The position numbers and the translations under genes are program-made. The notes below the pieces were generated by a model. The model saw only the letters and a list, made by a program, of their open reading frames with translations, was not told the DNA's origin and did not search any database. A stretch of 64,000 nt of DNA from Patescibacteria group bacterium (GTDB lineage Bacteria > Patescibacteriota > Microgenomatia > UBA8517). Of the stretch, positions 8,934 through 19,603 are shown piece by piece. The DNA is taken from assembly GCA_026416845.1 (NCBI GenBank), contig JAOAEL010000007.1, positions 78 through 64,077 on the forward strand, in the 5' to 3' direction. The stretch's first letter is position 1. Each line of letters opens with the position of its first letter.

Positions 8934-10748
8934 ATGCGAATTATAAATGTTGCTGTTATTGCTCATGTTGATCACGGCAAAACGACACTTGTTGACGCTA
9001 TCTTAAAACAGACTGACACTTTTCGTAGCAATCAAGCCGAGATGCAACAAACCACTATTTTAGATAGAAACGAGCTTGAAAGAGAGCGGGGAATTACAAT
9101 TATTGCTAAAAACTGTGCAGTTATGTACAAAGGTGTAAAAATCAATATTATTGACACTCCGGGTCATGCAGACTTTTCGGGAGAAGTTGAAAGAACTTTA
9201 GGAATGGCCGATGGCGCTCTCTTGATAGTTGACGCTCAGGAAGGCCCAATGCCTCAAACCAGATTCGTGCTTAAAAAAGCCATATCTTTGGGGCTGAAGA
9301 TAATTGTGGTTATCAACAAAATTGATAAACAATTTGCGAAACCGCAAGAGGCGCTTAGGAATGTTGAATCTCTTTTCTTGGAACTTGCCAATGATGAATC
9401 ATATCTTGATTTTCCTGTGTTATATGCGATAGGAAAACGGGGAGTTGTTTTTAATCAAATTCCAACCAATCTAGAACAAGAAGGCAATGTTTATCCTTTG
9501 TTGGATGCGATTTTGGATAATGTGCCTTGCGTTTCTGAAAAATCAGGTGTTTTTAAGATGGTTGTCACATCTTTGGATTATGATGCCTATTTGGGTAAGC
9601 TTGTAATTGGAAGAGTGTATCAAGGGAAAATTCAAAAAGGAATGAAGGTAATAAATACTAAGTTTGCAAATTCAATTTCAAAAGTTGAAAAACTTTTTGT
9701 TTATCAAGGATTAGACAAAGTGGAGGCTGAAGAAGCGCAAACAGGTGAAATAGTTTGTTTCTCTGGCGTGGGGCAAGTTTCAATTGGTGATACTATTTCA
9801 GATCCTTCAGATTGTGTTTCTCTGCCCGGTGTCAGTGTTGGCGAGCCAACGCTTCATATGACTATTGGTCCCAATACTTCTCCTTTTTCAGGTAAAGAAG
9901 GGAAATATACAACCAGTAGACAACTTGAAGAAAGACTAGAAAAAGAATTGGAAAGCAATTTAAGTTTGCGTCTTGAAAAACTTGGGAATGGAAAATTTGT
10001 GATTTCAGGGCGTGGCGAGCTGCATTTATCTGTTTTGCTTGAGACTTTAAGACGCGAAGGTTATGAGATGGAAGTGGGTAAACCTGAAGTAATAGTTAAA
10101 CAAATTGATGGTGTTTTAAAAGAGCCTGTGGAGGAGGTTCTGATAATTGTTCCTAGCGAATTTGTGGGTGTTGTGTCTGAAGAGTTGGGAAGAAGATACG
10201 CATCTCTTGTCAATATGCAGACTATAAATGAATATGAGACAGAATTTGTTTATAAAGCGCCAACAAGAGTTTTGATTGGTTTAAAAAGCGCGCTTTTGAC
10301 AGCGACAAAAGGCACAGTGGTTTATTCATCCACGTTAATGGGATATGAACCTTTAGGCAAAACACTTCCCAGATTAAGAAAGGGTGTTCTGATTGCCGAT
10401 CGTGCCGGAGAAGCTTTGGCTTACGGTCTTGAAAACGCTCAGGAAAGAGGTGTTACCTTCATAAATCCAGGAGAGCAAGTTTATGAAGGAATGATAATAG
10501 GTAGTAATGCCAAGGATGAGGATATTTTAATTAATGTAACAAAAGGCAAAAAACTTACTAATATGAGATCCAAATCTTCTGATGGCATTATACAACTAAC
10601 ACCAGCGACTAAGTTTTCTTTGGAGCAGTGTTTGGATTTTCTAGAAAGCGATGAGCTTTTGGAGATTACCCCATTATCTTTAAGATTGAGGAAAAAATAT
10701 CTTACAGAAGCTGAGAGAAGGAAAATGCAAAGGCAGATTGAACAATAA
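8934..10748 (+). CDS. typA: Translational GTPase TypA/BipA
   Basis: AHVDHGKTT, RERGITI, DTPGHADFSGEVER, NKID, GRGELHL, KKLTNMRS. Confidence 0.97.
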   Translation: MRIINVAVIAHVDHGKTTLVDAILKQTDTFRSNQAEMQQTTILDRNELERERGITIIAKNCAVMYKGVKINIIDTPGHADFSGEVERTLGMADGALLIVDAQEGPMPQTRFVLKKAISLGLKIIVVINKIDKQFAKPQEALRNVESLFLELANDESYLDFPVLYAIGKRGVVFNQIPTNLEQEGNVYPLLDAILDNVPCVSEKSGVFKMVVTSLDYDAYLGKLVIGRVYQGKIQKGMKVINTKFANSISKVEKLFVYQGLDKVEAEEAQTGEIVCFSGVGQVSIGDTISDPSDCVSLPGVSVGEPTLHMTIGPNTSPFSGKEGKYTTSRQLEERLEKELESNLSLRLEKLGNGKFVISGRGELHLSVLLETLRREGYEMEVGKPEVIVKQIDGVLKEPVEEVLIIVPSEFVGVVSEELGRRYASLVNMQTINEYETEFVYKAPTRVLIGLKSALLTATKGTVVYSSTLMGYEPLGKTLPRLRKGVLIADRAGEALAYGLENAQERGVTFINPGEQVYEGMIIGSNAKDEDILINVTKGKKLTNMRSKSSDGIIQLTPATKFSLEQCLDFLESDELLEITPLSLRLRKKYLTEAERRKMQRQIEQ

Positions 10749-11040
10749 ACCTGTTTCTTTGAAACAATGGCTTTTATATTTAAGTTCTTTGCCAAGCTGG
10801 TATTTTCAGGTTGATTTGATTATTTTAATTACCCATTGCGGTTTATCTTTGATTTACAAAAACAAACTTTAATAAATTAAAAGCAGTTTTTTATAAACTT
10901 TGTTAAATTTAATTCTGTTTTGACAAAATTGTTTTATTTGGAAAGATTTAGTTCTTAAATTGTCTTTTTGTTTGTCTTAAACTGTAAGTAATAAATTTGT
11001 TTGAAATTTTTTAATTCTGCTTGTTCGCATTGTCTAAGTT

Positions 11041-11577
11041 ATGCAATGGATTAAAAATGTATTTTTGTTTTTGCTCTTTGGAGTTGGTATTTTTATTTGT
11101 GTTATTGGTGCTGTTTTAATTATTCATGCAACTAGTAATTATTCTTATGTCAAAACATTTGAGGAGGAGATTCTAATTAAATCTCAAGCCAAAGATGTTT
11201 ATAATTTTATTTTGGATCCTCAAAAGGTTCAAGAATGGTGGAGTGGAACAAGAGAAGTTATTTTACTTACTCAAGGTGAACCGGGTAAAAATACCAAATA
11301 TGTTCTTGTTACTAATCAGGGAGATGTGTCTTTCAGTGTCAGAAGTTTATCTAAAGATAAAAGTATCGAACTTAGTTATGAGTTCAAAGATAATCAAAAT
11401 ATTGGCAACACACAATTTACCCTAATTGAACAGAATAAAAACACGACACTTAGAGTGAAAACTTCAATAAGATTTATTCGACAAAATGAAAGGTTTTGGT
11501 CCCCGGTGACAACTTATAATTTGCGTAAAAAAACTAAAAAAGATTTAGAAAAACTTAAAATTTTAATAGAAAAATAA
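11041..11577 (+). CDS. Membrane-anchored SRPBCC (START-like) domain protein
   Basis: N-terminal TM helix; 'VYNFILDPQKVQEWW' is a typical SRPBCC signature. Confidence 0.65.
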   Translation: MQWIKNVFLFLLFGVGIFICVIGAVLIIHATSNYSYVKTFEEEILIKSQAKDVYNFILDPQKVQEWWSGTREVILLTQGEPGKNTKYVLVTNQGDVSFSVRSLSKDKSIELSYEFKDNQNIGNTQFTLIEQNKNTTLRVKTSIRFIRQNERFWSPVTTYNLRKKTKKDLEKLKILIEK

Positions 11578-11581
11578 AGAT

Positions 11582-13240
11582 TTACTTTCTTTTGAAAAAT
11601 CTATTAAGCTGGTTTAATGTGATTTCAATTTTGACTGGTCTTCCGTGTGGGCATGTGTATAAGAAGTCTTCTTCTTCAAGTTGATTAATCAAGTTTAATC
11701 TTTCATCTGATGATAATGTTTGTCCAGCTTTTATAGCGCTTTTGCAAGCTATGTATGACAACATTTTGTAACTTTTGCTATCTATTTTGCTTACTTGTTT
11801 TGATTGAATCAGTTTTTCTATTATTTCTCTTATTATTTCTAAATGGTTACGGTCATGCAGTATCTTGGGGACATGAGTTAAGATTGGGTAGTTGTTGCCA
11901 AATTCTTCAATTTTGTAACCAATCTTGTTAAAAATTTCTTTGTTATCCCAGAAAATTTCAATTTCTCCTTTGGGTAGTTTTAACAAAATTGGCGATTCTA
12001 ATTCTAAAGCATTTTTAGGTGATATTTTTTCTAAAAAGGATTTTTTCAATTTCTTAAAAAGTATTGCTTCATGTACTGCATGTTGATCAAAAAAGGCTAC
12101 TCCCGATTGAGTTTCTTTTACTAAATATATCTTTTTTATTTGTAATATTTCATTGCTTTCTGAAGTGCTATTTTCATGAAGTTCATTTTTGAGTATAGCG
12201 CCTGCATAGCTATTAACTACTGATTTTTTCCAGCTAATATTACCGAATGTTAAATTGTTTTTGCTTAAGGTATTTAAAATGGCTTTTAATGTCTCAGAAT
12301 ATATTTGCTCAGGAATTCTAAATCGCACATCTTCTTTTCTGGGGTGTATGTTCACATCGACTAATTCTGTATGTATGTTAATTTTCAGAATTGCCATTGG
12401 GTACATTGTATGCTCGAGTAAATTTTCATAACCTTCTTTTATTGCGGAATTAATAAGAGAATTGTATATTCTTCGATTGTTTAAATAGGTGAAAATTTTG
12501 TTTGTTGTTGTGAAAGATATTTGTGGATGTGCCAAAAAGCCTTCTATGGATAAATAACTGCCTTTGTAATTTATATGCAAAAGGTTTTGTAAGATTTCTT
12601 GGCCAAATACATTTTCAATTTTTTCTTCTATAGTTTGTTTTTTGAGTATTTCATAAATTAGTTTGCTGTCGCTTCTCAAAGTAAAGCCAATGTTTTGCGT
12701 GCCTAGCACAAAATCAATAAAAGTGTCGATTATATGTTTTAGTTCTGTCTTTTTTGAACTAAGAAATTTTTTTCTTGTTGGCACATTATCAAATAGTTGT
12801 CTCACATCTACTTTTGTTCCTTCTTTCAACGCTATTGGTTCTATATTTATATCTTCGCAAATTTTTACTAGTCTATGTCCGAATTTGTCTTTCTCTCTTT
12901 TTGATTCTATTGATAGATTAGAAACATTAGCTATACTTGTTAAAGCTTCACCCCTAAATCCAAGTGTTTTTATATTTGTTAGATCTTCCAGTTTGTGTAT
13001 TTTGCTTGTGGCATGTGGTTTGATAGATAAAAGCAAGTCTTCTTTGCTCATGCCAATTCCATTATCGACAACTCTTATTAAAGCAAGTCCGCTATCTTCA
13101 ATTTCAACATCTATTTGTGTGGACAAAGCGTCTATTGAATTCTCAATTAATTCTTTTATTACATATGAAGGCCTTTCGATAACTTCTCCGGCCGCGATTC
13201 TTGACACTACTGATTCTGGCAATATTTTAATCTTTGGCAT
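11582..13240 (-). CDS. mutL: DNA mismatch repair endonuclease MutL
   Basis: IAAGEVIERP, ENSIDA, GFRGEAL, DQHAVHE, ACK, CPHGRP. Confidence 0.97.
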   Translation of the reverse strand: MPKIKILPESVVSRIAAGEVIERPSYVIKELIENSIDALSTQIDVEIEDSGLALIRVVDNGIGMSKEDLLLSIKPHATSKIHKLEDLTNIKTLGFRGEALTSIANVSNLSIESKREKDKFGHRLVKICEDINIEPIALKEGTKVDVRQLFDNVPTRKKFLSSKKTELKHIIDTFIDFVLGTQNIGFTLRSDSKLIYEILKKQTIEEKIENVFGQEILQNLLHINYKGSYLSIEGFLAHPQISFTTTNKIFTYLNNRRIYNSLINSAIKEGYENLLEHTMYPMAILKINIHTELVDVNIHPRKEDVRFRIPEQIYSETLKAILNTLSKNNLTFGNISWKKSVVNSYAGAILKNELHENSTSESNEILQIKKIYLVKETQSGVAFFDQHAVHEAILFKKLKKSFLEKISPKNALELESPILLKLPKGEIEIFWDNKEIFNKIGYKIEEFGNNYPILTHVPKILHDRNHLEIIREIIEKLIQSKQVSKIDSKSYKMLSYIACKSAIKAGQTLSSDERLNLINQLEEEDFLYTCPHGRPVKIEITLNQLNRFFKRK

Positions 13241-15839
13241 ACTTCTCTTTTATTTGAGCAAGAAAATTTAAGGCTTTAATTGGTGTTAGTTGATTGATAT
13301 TAATGTTTCTAATTAAATTGATAATTTCTTTATTTGTTGATTTTTCACTTTTAAGATTGATTTGATCTTTTTCTTTTTTATCTTCTTGTTTATTTTTTTC
13401 GAGAGATTCCAAATTTTTTTGAGCATTTATTATGACACTTTCCGGGACTCCTGCAAGCTTGGCTACCGCTATTCCAAAACTGTGAGAGGCGCCACCCGGT
13501 TTTAGTTTATATAAAAAAATCGGCAGATTTTCGTTTTCAATAACCTCCATGTGGTAATTGCTTACTTTGTTAGGATAAATTTCTTCCAATTTTTGAAGTT
13601 CATGATAATGAGTTGCAAATAAAGTTTTTGGAGTTGGGGTAAAATTTTTGATTAAATATTCGGCAATTGATTGGGCTATGCTTATTCCGTCATATGTGCT
13701 TGTGCCTCTTCCTATCTCATCCATTACAATTAAGCTTTGACTGGTAGCGTTGTTTAGAATAAAGGCTGTTTCTACCATCTCAACCATGAAAGTTGATAGC
13801 CCATCAGCAATCATATCTGACGCTCCGGATCTAACAAATATTTTGTCGACAATACTTACTCTTGCTTTTGATGCAGGTACAAAACATCCTATATGGGCAA
13901 GAAGTACAATAATAGCAATTTGGCGAATAAAAACTGATTTTCCTGCCATGTTTGGTCCAGTGATTATTATTAATGGTTGTTTGATGTTATCCATAGTTAT
14001 GGAATTTGGTATAAATGCTTTTTGAGGGAGCGAGTTTTCAACTACTGGATGTCTGCCTTCTTTTATAACTATTTCTCCTGAGTATAGAAGTTGAGGTTTC
14101 ACGTAGTTTTGCCTTTCAGACAAATCCGCAAATCCAACCAAACAGTCAAGTGTTGCTATTGCATTTGCCGCTTTTTGTATAAGCAAAGATTGTTTTATTA
14201 CATTTTGCAAAACTTCATTATATATTTCATATTCTTTTTGTTTCAGTTCCTCTTCGGCTACTAAAATTTTTGATTCCCACTCTTTTAGTTCAGGTGTGAT
14301 AAATCTTTCGCCATTTACTAAAGTTTGTTTTCTTATGTAATTTTGAGGCACGTTTTTTATGTTTGATTTGCTGACTTCTATATAATAACCAAATACTTTG
14401 TTGTATCTGACTTTTAGCGAAGAAATTTTTGTTCTCTCTTTCTCTTTTTTTTCTAGCGAAGCCAGCCATTCTTGTCCCCCATTAATAAGCCTGCGCAACA
14501 TGTCAATTTTTTCATCGACATTTTCTCGTATTATTCCCCCTTCTTTCACAGAGAAAGGAGGATCAGGGAGTATGTAATCATCTATATATTTGACAAGAAA
14601 AGTGATTTTGGTTGAAATTTCTTTTTGAATGTCTTGAATTATTTTGGTGTCAATTTTAACTAATAAATGTTTAATTTTTATAATTTTTGCAAGCGCGTTT
14701 TTTAATGTTATTAAATCTCTGGCGTTTCCAATTCCTACTGACAAACGAGACAAGATTCTTTCAATATCTGGTATTTCTGTTAACAAATTTCTTATAGACT
14801 CTCTTTCTTTATGGTTTTTAATTAGCTCTTCCACTCCATCAAGTCTTTCTAAAATTTGTTGTCTTTTTCTTAGTGGATTTGCCAACCAATTTTTCAGCAT
14901 TCGTCCGCCCATTGCTGTGTTGGTTTTATCAATGGTTGATAAAAGTGTTCCGGATGTTTCTCGTTCTCGTATTGTTGAAAAAAGCTCTAAGTTAATTATT
15001 GTCGATTTATCAAGTGAAACGTATTCTTCGGATTCGAGCACTTTTATTTTTTTTATGTGTTTTAATTTTCCTTTTTGAGTATTTTGCAAATAACCAATTA
15101 AAGCGCCGCAGGTTTTTTGAGAAAGAATAAGATTTTCTATGCCAAATCCGTCTAATGTTTTTACCGCGAATTGCGCAAGCAAGGTTTCTTTATTAGCGTA
15201 TCTTTCCCAATCATTATAGGGGTATATTGCTAAATTTCTGATTGCTTTAAGAGTTTTTAGTAGGTTTGGATTATTGTATAGTCTTTCTGGCAAGATACAT
15301 TCTGAAGGCTGAATTTTGATTAGTTGGTCAATTAATTCTTGATTAATTTCTGTGTATGTATTTTGACAGGTTGCCAGATAGCCAGTAGAGATATCTGCTA
15401 TTGATATAGAGTAATACAAGTTGTCGTAATCAATGCTTATTAAATAATTATTTTGTTTGCGATCTAAGGACTTTTCGTCAAAAAGGGTTCCTGGTGTTAC
15501 GATTCTTACGACATCTCTTTCAACAATGCCGTATTTATTGGGTTCGCTTACTTGTTCGCAAATTGCGACTTTATATCCAGCCTTTATTAATTTTGCCAAA
15601 TACGCATCAACTGCGTGATATGGCACTCCAGCCATAGGAATTCGACCGTCTTTGCCTTTTGGCCTTGAGGTAAGGGCTATGTCAAGAACTTGAGCGCCTA
15701 TTTGGGCATCGTCTAAAAACAATTCGTAAAAATCGCCTAGTCTGAAGAAAAGTAAACAATCTTTGTATTTTTTTTTGATCGAAGCATATTGCTTCATCAT
15801 TGGAGTTGTAAATTTATCTAATTGACCTTTTTTGTCCAT
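13227..15839 (-). CDS. mutS: DNA mismatch repair protein MutS
   Basis: TPMMKQY, FRLGDFYELF, TGPNMAGKS, STFMVEM, DEIGRGTS, ATHYHEL. Confidence 0.98.
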   Translation of the reverse strand: MDKKGQLDKFTTPMMKQYASIKKKYKDCLLFFRLGDFYELFLDDAQIGAQVLDIALTSRPKGKDGRIPMAGVPYHAVDAYLAKLIKAGYKVAICEQVSEPNKYGIVERDVVRIVTPGTLFDEKSLDRKQNNYLISIDYDNLYYSISIADISTGYLATCQNTYTEINQELIDQLIKIQPSECILPERLYNNPNLLKTLKAIRNLAIYPYNDWERYANKETLLAQFAVKTLDGFGIENLILSQKTCGALIGYLQNTQKGKLKHIKKIKVLESEEYVSLDKSTIINLELFSTIRERETSGTLLSTIDKTNTAMGGRMLKNWLANPLRKRQQILERLDGVEELIKNHKERESIRNLLTEIPDIERILSRLSVGIGNARDLITLKNALAKIIKIKHLLVKIDTKIIQDIQKEISTKITFLVKYIDDYILPDPPFSVKEGGIIRENVDEKIDMLRRLINGGQEWLASLEKKEKERTKISSLKVRYNKVFGYYIEVSKSNIKNVPQNYIRKQTLVNGERFITPELKEWESKILVAEEELKQKEYEIYNEVLQNVIKQSLLIQKAANAIATLDCLVGFADLSERQNYVKPQLLYSGEIVIKEGRHPVVENSLPQKAFIPNSITMDNIKQPLIIITGPNMAGKSVFIRQIAIIVLLAHIGCFVPASKARVSIVDKIFVRSGASDMIADGLSTFMVEMVETAFILNNATSQSLIVMDEIGRGTSTYDGISIAQSIAEYLIKNFTPTPKTLFATHYHELQKLEEIYPNKVSNYHMEVIENENLPIFLYKLKPGGASHSFGIAVAKLAGVPESVIINAQKNLESLEKNKQEDKKEKDQINLKSEKSTNKEIINLIRNININQLTPIKALNFLAQIKEKYAKD

Positions 15840-15936
15840 CGAAAATCAATATATCACAATGTTTTGATCTGAAAACAATTTTAGTTTTTGTGACGTTTAT
15901 GAAAAATTTAAGTTAATGTCTGAAAAGATTTAAATT

Positions 15937-16644
15937 TTAAATCTCAGTACTTTTTCTTTCTATCAAAATAAACCTTGGGATTCCTTGAGAGTTTGTTAAT
16001 ATTGTCGAATTACCAACTTTTCCTGTAATTTTTTTGATTAAGTATAAGTTATCGTTGTTACATTGGATTAAAACAAACTTTGGTTTAATTATTGGAATGT
16101 GTTTTATTATATCCTCTATTGGTTTAAGTCCATAATTGTCTGAGGTAACAATTGCTTGTTTAGGCTCTTTTAGTATGAGTGGATTTTCTTTTATGAAACT
16201 GTCTTTTTTATACAAAATTCGGCTTATGTAAGGAGGATTTATGACAAAAAAATCCACTTTGCTGGCGCTGAATTCATGTAGCCAACTTGAGTGATGGTTT
16301 CTAACAAATTTTATATTCAAACAATTATTTTCCACAGCGTTAAGCTGTGCAATTTTAAGTATTTTTGTCGAATAGTCACTGGCAAGAAATTTTATATCTG
16401 GGAATTTTTTAGCCAAAAAGATTGCGATAAATCCAGATCCAGTTCCCGGATCTGCGACGGTTTTTATGTTTGAGTTTCTTTTTATTATACCTGAGGCAAT
16501 TTGTATTAATTCAACTGTTGTTGGATGAGGCACATAGGTATGTTCATTCAAATGAAGTTTTATGCCTTCTATCTCCCCTTCATATTCGTAATTTTTATCT
16601 ATTTCACCAATTATTTTTTCTCTTAAATCATTTGTTAGTCTCAT
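15937..16644 (-). CDS. HemK/PrmC-like SAM-dependent N-methyltransferase
   Basis: DPGTGSGFIA motif I and INPPY motif IV. Confidence 0.8.
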   Translation of the reverse strand: MRLTNDLREKIIGEIDKNYEYEGEIEGIKLHLNEHTYVPHPTTVELIQIASGIIKRNSNIKTVADPGTGSGFIAIFLAKKFPDIKFLASDYSTKILKIAQLNAVENNCLNIKFVRNHHSSWLHEFSASKVDFFVINPPYISRILYKKDSFIKENPLILKEPKQAIVTSDNYGLKPIEDIIKHIPIIKPKFVLIQCNNDNLYLIKKITGKVGNSTILTNSQGIPRFILIERKSTEI

Positions 16645-16722
16645 TATGATTGGTATTTTACAAATACTATGCCAAGTAGTACATTGTTAGAAGTCAAAAA
16701 AATATCTTTTTGTTATAAATTT

Positions 16723-17190
16723 ATGAATATAAAAAATTTGCCTTACAGACAAGGGGTTATCGGTGTGATAACAAATAAAGAAAACGAGATTTTGATAGTT
16801 CAAATGGTTGCTTATGGTGTAAATGATTGGAGGTTTCCTGGTGGCGGTATTGAAGATGGAGAGTCTCCCGAAAACGCTTTATTGAGAGAGCTTGACGAAG
16901 AATTAGGAACAGACAAGTTTATCATAAAGAAAAGGTCAGCAATTCTAAATAGGTATGAATGGTCTAATGAAATGGTACAAAAACAATATAGAAAACGAAA
17001 AAGATATTACCGCGGGCAGGAACAAATCCAATTTTTGGTGGAATTTACAGGCGAAAAGTTTGATATCAGGATTAATTCTAAAGAATTGAGACAAATAAAG
17101 TGGGTAAAAAAAGATGAGATAAAAAGATATTTTAATTTTAAAGGCCAGTATGAAATGGCAATGAATGTGTTTGAAGAGTTTGGTTTATAA
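16723..17190 (+). CDS. NUDIX hydrolase (RppH-like)
   Basis: Nudix box GGIEDGESPENALLRELDEELG; YRGQEQIQF resembles RppH; ATG 16723 preferred. Confidence 0.85.
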   Translation: MNIKNLPYRQGVIGVITNKENEILIVQMVAYGVNDWRFPGGGIEDGESPENALLRELDEELGTDKFIIKKRSAILNRYEWSNEMVQKQYRKRKRYYRGQEQIQFLVEFTGEKFDIRINSKELRQIKWVKKDEIKRYFNFKGQYEMAMNVFEEFGL

Positions 17191-17916
17191 TTTTTTATCT
17201 GCTTTTTGTTTATAATGTCCAAAATTGTATTTTATTTTATTTGCCTGATCGAAGGCTTCAAAAAGGAAAAAGAATGATAACAATAGATATAGAAAAGTTG
17301 TTTTTATTATTCCATCTTTTTTGAATCTTCTATCTGAAACAAAAACACAAAAAGGCATTATTATAAACTTTCCTGTTTTTGCGGCTTTTCTTATGAAGTG
17401 TATGTCATCGTAGGTGTGTTTGCTTTCGAATCCTCCCGTTTTATGGTAATGATCCCTTTTGACAACTATAAACGCTCCTGCTCCTGAAGGTTTTATTTTC
17501 TGAAAAATAAAAAAAATTAAATTAAAGAAAAGGTAAACTATCCATATTGGTATATTTTTTGAAGATGGCAGATAATACGCGCATGCTATGTCAGGATTGT
17601 GTTTTCCAAAATAAAAAAATATTTTCTCTATGAAATTAGGTTTTACTCTGGTATCAGCGTCTAAGAAGACTAATATGTCGCTTGTTAATCTTTGAGCACC
17701 GAAGTGTCTTTGATGTCCTACTCCTCTTTTTGACTTAATTAATTTGACATTTTTGTATTTTTTCACTATCTCTCTGGTTTTATCAGATGATTTTCCATCA
17801 ACAATCAGAATTTCATTCGCCTTTATAGTTTGATTTTCTAAATCGCTAAGCAATAATCCTATGTGATCTTCTTCGTTTAGAGTTGGTATGACTATCCCTA
17901 TTGTTTTACCGCTCAT
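17185..17916 (-). CDS. Family 2 glycosyltransferase (possibly carotenoid glycosylating)
   Basis: IPTLNEE, VDGKSSD, FLDAD, VSDRRF; last gene of the crtB cluster. Confidence 0.85.
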   Translation of the reverse strand: MSGKTIGIVIPTLNEEDHIGLLLSDLENQTIKANEILIVDGKSSDKTREIVKKYKNVKLIKSKRGVGHQRHFGAQRLTSDILVFLDADTRVKPNFIEKIFFYFGKHNPDIACAYYLPSSKNIPIWIVYLFFNLIFFIFQKIKPSGAGAFIVVKRDHYHKTGGFESKHTYDDIHFIRKAAKTGKFIIMPFCVFVSDRRFKKDGIIKTTFLYLLLSFFFLFEAFDQANKIKYNFGHYKQKADKKL

Positions 17917-18768
17917 TTAATTAAAAAAACTTATGCCTTTTAGGTGTAGTGTCAGAAAAAACAAGTAACCGCCAACAAAAAAATTCAAGAACGGGAACAT
18001 CCAGTATATCTTTGAAATGTTTGACTTTTTTAAAAGAATATAAATTGGGATTATTGGATAGATTATTGATGGTATAAATAAAATACTTTTGTAAATTAGT
18101 ATTGTTGTGGTGACGAACCAAAAAAAACTACAGAGTAACAAACTTTTGTGTTCTCCCAATTTTACCGCGCTTGTTTGCAATCCTGCTTTTGTGTCTGGTC
18201 TGATATCTGGTATTGCTGAGAATAAGTGCATTGAAAAGCACCAAACAAATGAAGCGATAATGTAGCTTAAATCAGGTATCTTATTAGTTGTTAAAACATA
18301 ACCATATAATCCTGGCATTGCATATAGACAATTAGACATAAAATCCAAAATTGGTTTTGATTTAAATCTAATTGGGTGCACACTGTAAAAAAAACCAAGA
18401 ACAAAAAAAGCAAGCAAGATTAGACTTGAAAGTTTATTCCCAATTAAGAATAAGGGTATTGACATTAAAAGTGAAAGAAATATTGATATCAAATATAGAT
18501 TTAATTGATTGAATTTATATTTATTTTCCTTGTTAGTTTTTTTAGGATTGTATTTATCTGTATCTTTGTCTGAGAGATCATTTATTCCGTAGAGGAATAA
18601 GTTTGCCGGCACTAAAAAATAAGCCAAGCCGTAAAAAAAATTCAATGAATAAAATTTTTCCAAATTTGTAATTCCGGCTGTATAGCCTACCAAAAAAGGT
18701 CCTGCTAGGTAAATCCAAAAAAGAGGTCTTGAGATTTTGAATACTGTTTTTATAGAAGTGATATCCAT
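17917..18768 (-). CDS. UbiA-family prenyltransferase, lycopene elongase (CrtEb/LyeJ)-like
   Basis: SRPLFW, LYGINDLSDKDTDKYNPKK, YSVHPIRFK, AIPDIRPD; overlaps crtB. Confidence 0.82.
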   Translation of the reverse strand: MDITSIKTVFKISRPLFWIYLAGPFLVGYTAGITNLEKFYSLNFFYGLAYFLVPANLFLYGINDLSDKDTDKYNPKKTNKENKYKFNQLNLYLISIFLSLLMSIPLFLIGNKLSSLILLAFFVLGFFYSVHPIRFKSKPILDFMSNCLYAMPGLYGYVLTTNKIPDLSYIIASFVWCFSMHLFSAIPDIRPDTKAGLQTSAVKLGEHKSLLLCSFFWFVTTTILIYKSILFIPSIIYPIIPIYILLKKSNISKIYWMFPFLNFFVGGYLFFLTLHLKGISFFN

Positions 18769-19571
18769 ACAGATAATGCTTCTTTTATGACGCGGTAAGG
18801 CGATGGTTTTACCTTTTTCTCAAAGACGATCATTGGGTTTTTGTATATTTTATTTATTGTCCATTTGTAAAGATTTGATGCAGTTTGAATAGGAATTCTG
18901 TACTTTTTGGGTATGTATCTAAAACCATTTTCGGCTTCGTTTTGAATTTTGTAGTAAATTTGTATTTGGGATCTGATTAAGGCTGACATTTTCTCTGAAT
19001 TTTGGTGCTCTAGATAATCCTTGTTTGTTAAATTGTGTTTGATAAGTTCTGATTTTGGTATATATATTCTTCCCAGTAAAATATCTTCGTTGATATCTCT
19101 TATGAAATTTGCGTATTGCATAGCTTTGCCTAGTAATTCTGCGTAAGGAAAAGATTCTTTGGGCAAGTCAAGAATATAAGCCATCATCACCCCAATGACA
19201 TTTGCAGATCCATAGATATACTGATCAAGTTCTGAAAAATTTTCATACTCTTTTTTACTTAAATCTTTTTCCATTGCGGATAAAAAACTGAAAATTAATT
19301 CTTGAGGAATTTTTCTTTTATTAAAAAGCGCCGCGCAGTCATCTATTATTATGTTACCAGTATGTGTTTTTTCTCTAAATGCTTGTTTGGTTAATTTTTT
19401 AAAATTGTAAAAATCTTCTTTTTTTTGTGGTATGACATCCACAAAATTATCAGCGGTCCTGACATAAGCATACAAGGTAAACACTTCTTTTTTAACTTCT
19501 TTTGGAAAGAATAAACTTGAATAATAATAAATTATACTTCCATTTTTGAAAATTTTTTGTTGCAGGTTCAT
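18750..19571 (-). CDS. crtB: Phytoene/squalene synthase family protein
   Basis: LYAYVRTADNFVD, YIYGSANVIG, AMQYANFIRDINED..GRIYIP. Confidence 0.9.
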   Translation of the reverse strand: MNLQQKIFKNGSIIYYYSSLFFPKEVKKEVFTLYAYVRTADNFVDVIPQKKEDFYNFKKLTKQAFREKTHTGNIIIDDCAALFNKRKIPQELIFSFLSAMEKDLSKKEYENFSELDQYIYGSANVIGVMMAYILDLPKESFPYAELLGKAMQYANFIRDINEDILLGRIYIPKSELIKHNLTNKDYLEHQNSEKMSALIRSQIQIYYKIQNEAENGFRYIPKKYRIPIQTASNLYKWTINKIYKNPMIVFEKKVKPSPYRVIKEALSVWISLL

Positions 19572-19603
19572 TTTTTTAAAGATTAGTGAATAAAAATTTG
19601 TGT

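Noticed and set aside
12663-15078. Long + strand ORFs inside mutL/mutS, and similar antisense ORFs within the antiporter, lon, secA and other genes
   Set aside because: Shadow frames of well-supported genes, with no motifs of their own
15937-16644. NPPY methyltransferase as part of a restriction-modification system
   Set aside because: Size and motif layout fit HemK-like protein methyltransferases, and no nuclease or specificity gene is adjacent
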